Shown here one piece after another: positions 17,211 to 20,000 of a stretch of DNA of 20,000 nt. The position numbers and the translations under genes were made by a program. How positions within the stretch are numbered: the stretch's first letter is position 1; each line of letters opens with the position of its first letter. This DNA comes from an uncultured virus (IMG/VR IMGVR_UViG_3300011871_000032) (taxonomy: Duplodnaviria; Heunggongvirae; Uroviricota; Caudoviricetes). Below the pieces are notes generated by a model that was given only the letters and a program-made list of their open reading frames with translations, was not told where the DNA came from and ran no database searches. The DNA lies in the IMG/VR virus record IMGVR_UViG_3300011871_000032. One strand, 5' to 3'.

Positions 17211-17429
17211 TTAACAAAGCTCCATTGCAGAAGAATAGGCTGATTCGAAATCAGAGTAAACATCAATTAAAGACTCTTCTCCACCAAAAAGAGGGATTTC
17301 ATAAAGGTGAAAGCCGTTCTCTTTTTTATGAATGAACCAACCATCTTCAATATATTCGGATTTCTGAATCAGCAAAGAACCGTCTTCTTGCTCTTTTACA
17401 AATAAACCAAGCTTTACATACTGTTCCAT
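17211..17429 (-). CDS. Hypothetical protein (72 aa)
   Basis: RBS GAGG; promoter TTGTCA-17-TAAAAT (17491-17463). Confidence 0.7.
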   Translation of the reverse strand: MEQYVKLGLFVKEQEDGSLLIQKSEYIEDGWFIHKKENGFHLYEIPLFGGEESLIDVYSDFESAYSSAMELC

Positions 17430-17496
17430 TTTAGCCTCAACTATGACGTTATGATAGAGTTTATTTTACACTATACGCTTATTAATGACAACAAGT

Positions 17497-17826
17497 TTAT
17501 GCAATAGGTTCAAACTCAATGACGCGCTTAATGAGTATTTCATCAAAACAAATAACATTTTCATGCATTACATAGATAAAATAATCATTACTTTCAATCG
17601 TTTGCTCCTCTGAACTATCAGAATCTGTATTGGATACAAAAATTTCAAACTGTCTTTTTACACTCTTTTCTAGTGTAGAACTGATTGGACTTATCATTTC
17701 TTTTATGACAGCATTAACTTCTTTGTGCTTACCTTTTTTATTATCTTCTGTTAACTGATCAAGTAAGTCGCAAGCCTCTGAAATACAAAGCATGTCGTGA
17801 TCTTCATATAATTTTGATATAGGCAT
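17497..17826 (-). CDS. Hypothetical protein (109 aa)
   Basis: RBS GGAG. Confidence 0.7.
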   Translation of the reverse strand: MPISKLYEDHDMLCISEACDLLDQLTEDNKKGKHKEVNAVIKEMISPISSTLEKSVKRQFEIFVSNTDSDSSEEQTIESNDYFIYVMHENVICFDEILIKRVIEFEPIA

Positions 17827-17894
17827 TAGATTAACTCCATCAAATTTTAATAAAGTATACCTTGTATGGCTTTTAAAAGCTATCTTTTAAATAC

Positions 17895-17919
17895 AAAAAA
17901 GACGCCGAAGCGTCTTTTT
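17895..17919 (-). terminator. Intrinsic (possibly bidirectional) terminator, c(UUCG)g loop
   Basis: AAAAAGACGC-TTCG-GCGTCTTTTTT. Confidence 0.8.
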
Positions 17920-17937
17920 ATTCTTATTCATTTTTAC

Positions 17938-18234
17938 TCATTGATAAAAAACAAAATTATTCATAGATAAATCTTTCAATGATGTAATGGTGTAATCATC
18001 CAGATCGATACCTTCTTTTTGACCCTCGAATTCAATAGAAACAGAAAAAGGAAAATCATTTTCTCCTTCGGCTTTTAAAGCAGCCTTAAACTCATTTTGA
18101 GCCGTTTTATTAAAATATTTAGCCAGAACATCCTGAATATCTTTAAATGTTTTTACACCGCTATATACTTCGCCATTTTCTACTACAACACTATATACTT
18201 TATTACCATCCAGCTTTTCTTGAATATTCTGCAT
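17938..18234 (-). CDS. Hypothetical protein (98 aa)
   Basis: ORF followed by a terminator. Confidence 0.7.
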   Translation of the reverse strand: MQNIQEKLDGNKVYSVVVENGEVYSGVKTFKDIQDVLAKYFNKTAQNEFKAALKAEGENDFPFSVSIEFEGQKEGIDLDDYTITSLKDLSMNNFVFYQ

Positions 18235-18249
18235 TATTATCTCTCTTAT

Positions 18250-18459
18250 TTATTTTTTAGGTTCGTTTTTGATGATATGACGAGCCAATGTATAATCTTC
18301 ATTGACGATTTCTTTTCTTAAAAAATCAATGAAGCTTTCATTTTCTTTAGCAATATCTAAATCTGTATAGCCATCTTCAGTGTAATCAACGAAAAGTTCT
18401 AAACGATTCTTAACAGTATCACTCTCCGCATCAATGTAATTTGCTAAAAGCTTTTTCAA
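18250..18459 (-). CDS. Hypothetical protein (69 aa), immediately downstream of the right end of IS copy 2
   Basis: TTG start 11 nt after the terminal GG of the element. Confidence 0.55.
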   Translation of the reverse strand: MKKLLANYIDAESDTVKNRLELFVDYTEDGYTDLDIAKENESFIDFLRKEIVNEDYTLARHIIKNEPKK

Positions 18460-18470
18460 TTGTTTATTTA

Positions 18471-18790
18471 CCGTTTATTTTAAACTGTACAAATCTGATC
18501 ATATATAATAAAACGTAAACTATCAGGTTTTACCGAAATGTCTCATTTCGTTTTTAATATGTAAATACTTCGTATTTGCGTAAAAAACATCATATTGAAT
18601 AAAATGTAACTACCGAAGGTAGTTACATAAAAATATTATATAATCGTTTAAGTTTAAAATACTTATATTAAGCTGTTTATTTCCGGTCGCATAGCGACTG
18701 GAAATAAACAGCTCTTGGCATAACGGAATACCAGTACTGCCCAGCATCAGAAATGATATCTTACTTAATACAGAGCCTGTATTAAGGTCT
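18471..18790 (-). ncRNA. Putative omegaRNA scaffold, copy 2, 91 nt longer than copy 1
   Basis: Hairpins at 18764-18786, 18671-18713 (19/20-bp stem) and 18604-18628, plus extra hairpins at 18534-18550 and 18558-18582. Confidence 0.6.
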
Positions 18791-20000
18791 ATGATTTCAC
18801 CTCTTTTTGATACTGTTTTGTGCAGGTGTTTTAACTTGGACCAGCCGGAGGCTGCTCCTGCGTCTAATACCATCTTTCTTAGTGATATCTTCTCTACCGT
18901 TATTACACCTGCTTTATCTTTTTTAATTTTTAATATAGAGGACGGGATTCTCTCGCGGAATCCCTGTCCTCTTCGGGCTATCACATATGCCGCTGGCATA
19001 TGCTCATTATTCTTCGTCGTTATCTTCGTCCTGTATTTCAGGTTTCCAAGGAAACTTGTATACGCCGGGTTTACTGTTAATAAGTTAACTCCAAGTTTCC
19101 AGCATTGCCCGATAAAATACTCCCTTACTTTTCCATACGCAAACGCACTCAGCATACGTGCATAGTTTTTATTGTAATTGTCTTTTAATGCTTTTTTCTT
19201 TTTCGTAAAATCTAAGTCTTCTATTACGATACTTTTACCACGGCTCAACGCATAGTCCACTATGCCTTTCGTCGCCTGACTTAATACCGTTTTACGCTGT
19301 TTCGTTGACTTATCTTTTAAATCTAACGGTACCGACCAGCCACGCAAATAGTTTCCTTTTTCATCTGTTTCTGCTACGTCCAAGTGGTCTGGATTGATAT
19401 CGACACCTATCAGACCATAGTTTTCCACGGTCTTTATCGCTGGCTTTATATCATGACTTGTCTGCAGTCCTATGCCTATATCAAAGTCACCTTTGCTGTT
19501 TCTCATTAATCTGATTGATAATGAGGATGTAGGGGAAACTAACGTTCTCCCTTCGGCCTTAGCCGCTTCCTTTTGAGCTTTCGTGTATTTAACTTTCCCT
19601 TCCCGGTGAAAAAGGATGTGATTGCGTAATTCATCTTCATAATAGGAAACAGTAATCGGAACAGAGAGTTTGGAAAAACTGAATTGGCTTTTTAACGCAA
19701 CAGGAACGGTTATATTAAGAATAAAATCATTATTCTCATCAATGTTTATATTAGCATTGGAGTTCCCCAAGTTTTCATCGGTAGACCCAACGAATAACAT
19801 ATGCCCGTAGCGTAAAGCGTTCCATTGCTTTCTCCATACACTTAGTTTTACTTTATCATTAGGATGGATACGGTTTCGTTTACTCAGCAGGTCTGCAGAG
19901 CCATAGCATATTTTAAAATCATTATTAGCTATATCTTTTTCCAGTTTTTGTTCACGACAGCGTAAGCGTTCAAGCTGGTTAAGAAAAACCGTTTTCTTTT
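18610..20000 (-). CDS. tnpB: TnpB-like nuclease copy 2 (5' end outside the window)
   Basis: Frame stays open upstream of 19800 (...TVFLNQLERLRCREQKLEKDIANNDFKICYGS...). Same RuvC motifs: GVDINPDHL, IVIEDLDF, NEHMPAAYVIARRG. Confidence 0.85.
   Translation of the reverse strand, partial: KKTVFLNQLERLRCREQKLEKDIANNDFKICYGSADLLSKRNRIHPNDKVKLSVWRKQWNALRYGHMLFVGSTDENLGNSNANINIDENNDFILNITVPVALKSQFSFSKLSVPITVSYYEDELRNHILFHREGKVKYTKAQKEAAKAEGRTLVSPTSSLSIRLMRNSKGDFDIGIGLQTSHDIKPAIKTVENYGLIGVDINPDHLDVAETDEKGNYLRGWSVPLDLKDKSTKQRKTVLSQATKGIVDYALSRGKSIVIEDLDFTKKKKALKDNYNKNYARMLSAFAYGKVREYFIGQCWKLGVNLLTVNPAYTSFLGNLKYRTKITTKNNEHMPAAYVIARRGQGFRERIPSSILKIKKDKAGVITVEKISLRKMVLDAGAASGWSKLKHLHKTVSKRGEIIDLNTGSVLSKISFLMLGSTGIPLCQELFISSRYATGNKQLNISILNLNDYIIFLCNYLR

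Larger units (their letters stand above)
18471..20000 (-). mobile_element. IS607-family element, copy 2 (continues past the right edge)
   Basis: Same right end ...GTACAGTTTAAAATAAACGG at 18471; highly similar to copy 1 through to position 20000. Confidence 0.8.

Noticed and set aside
946..18321. Other plus-strand ORFs in the track (e.g. 5765..6229, 6367..6759, 8895..9230, 14616..14927)
   Set aside because: All overlap better-supported minus-strand genes that have RBS, promoter and terminator support; their composition is typical of antisense frames.
18471..18630. Possible mini-CRISPR array next to the TnpB/Cas12-like gene
   Set aside because: Only two short imperfect AT-rich repeats and no repeat-spacer periodicity; better explained as scaffold duplication.

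Overview
AT-rich (roughly 30% GC by eye) accessory region of a mobile replicon, most likely a large conjugative plasmid of a gammaproteobacterium; a phage-plasmid or jumbo phage cannot be excluded. All credible genes lie on the minus strand. Most are built as small transcription cassettes: a UNCG-tetraloop intrinsic terminator, a sigma70 promoter, then 1-3 genes. Recognisable genes: a PilV-like type IV minor pilin/adhesin (runs off the left edge), ssb, a KorA/TrfB/ArdK-like HTH protein, a minimal T7-gp0.7-like protein kinase between two 79-aa paralogues, an ADP-ribosyltransferase-like protein, a PTH2-like protein and a tandem pair of ~600-aa paralogues. There are also two copies of an IS607-type TnpB with His at the RuvC-III position and no zinc finger. 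Both share a structured 3' (omegaRNA-like) region ending in ...AAACGG but have different adjacent guide sequences. Copy 1 keeps only a C-terminal remnant of its serine-recombinase TnpA and sits behind a native-type promoter. A 10-bp motif (GTTGTCATTA) overlaps many promoters and may be an operator for the HTH protein. All family assignments are by motif recognition only; no searches were run.
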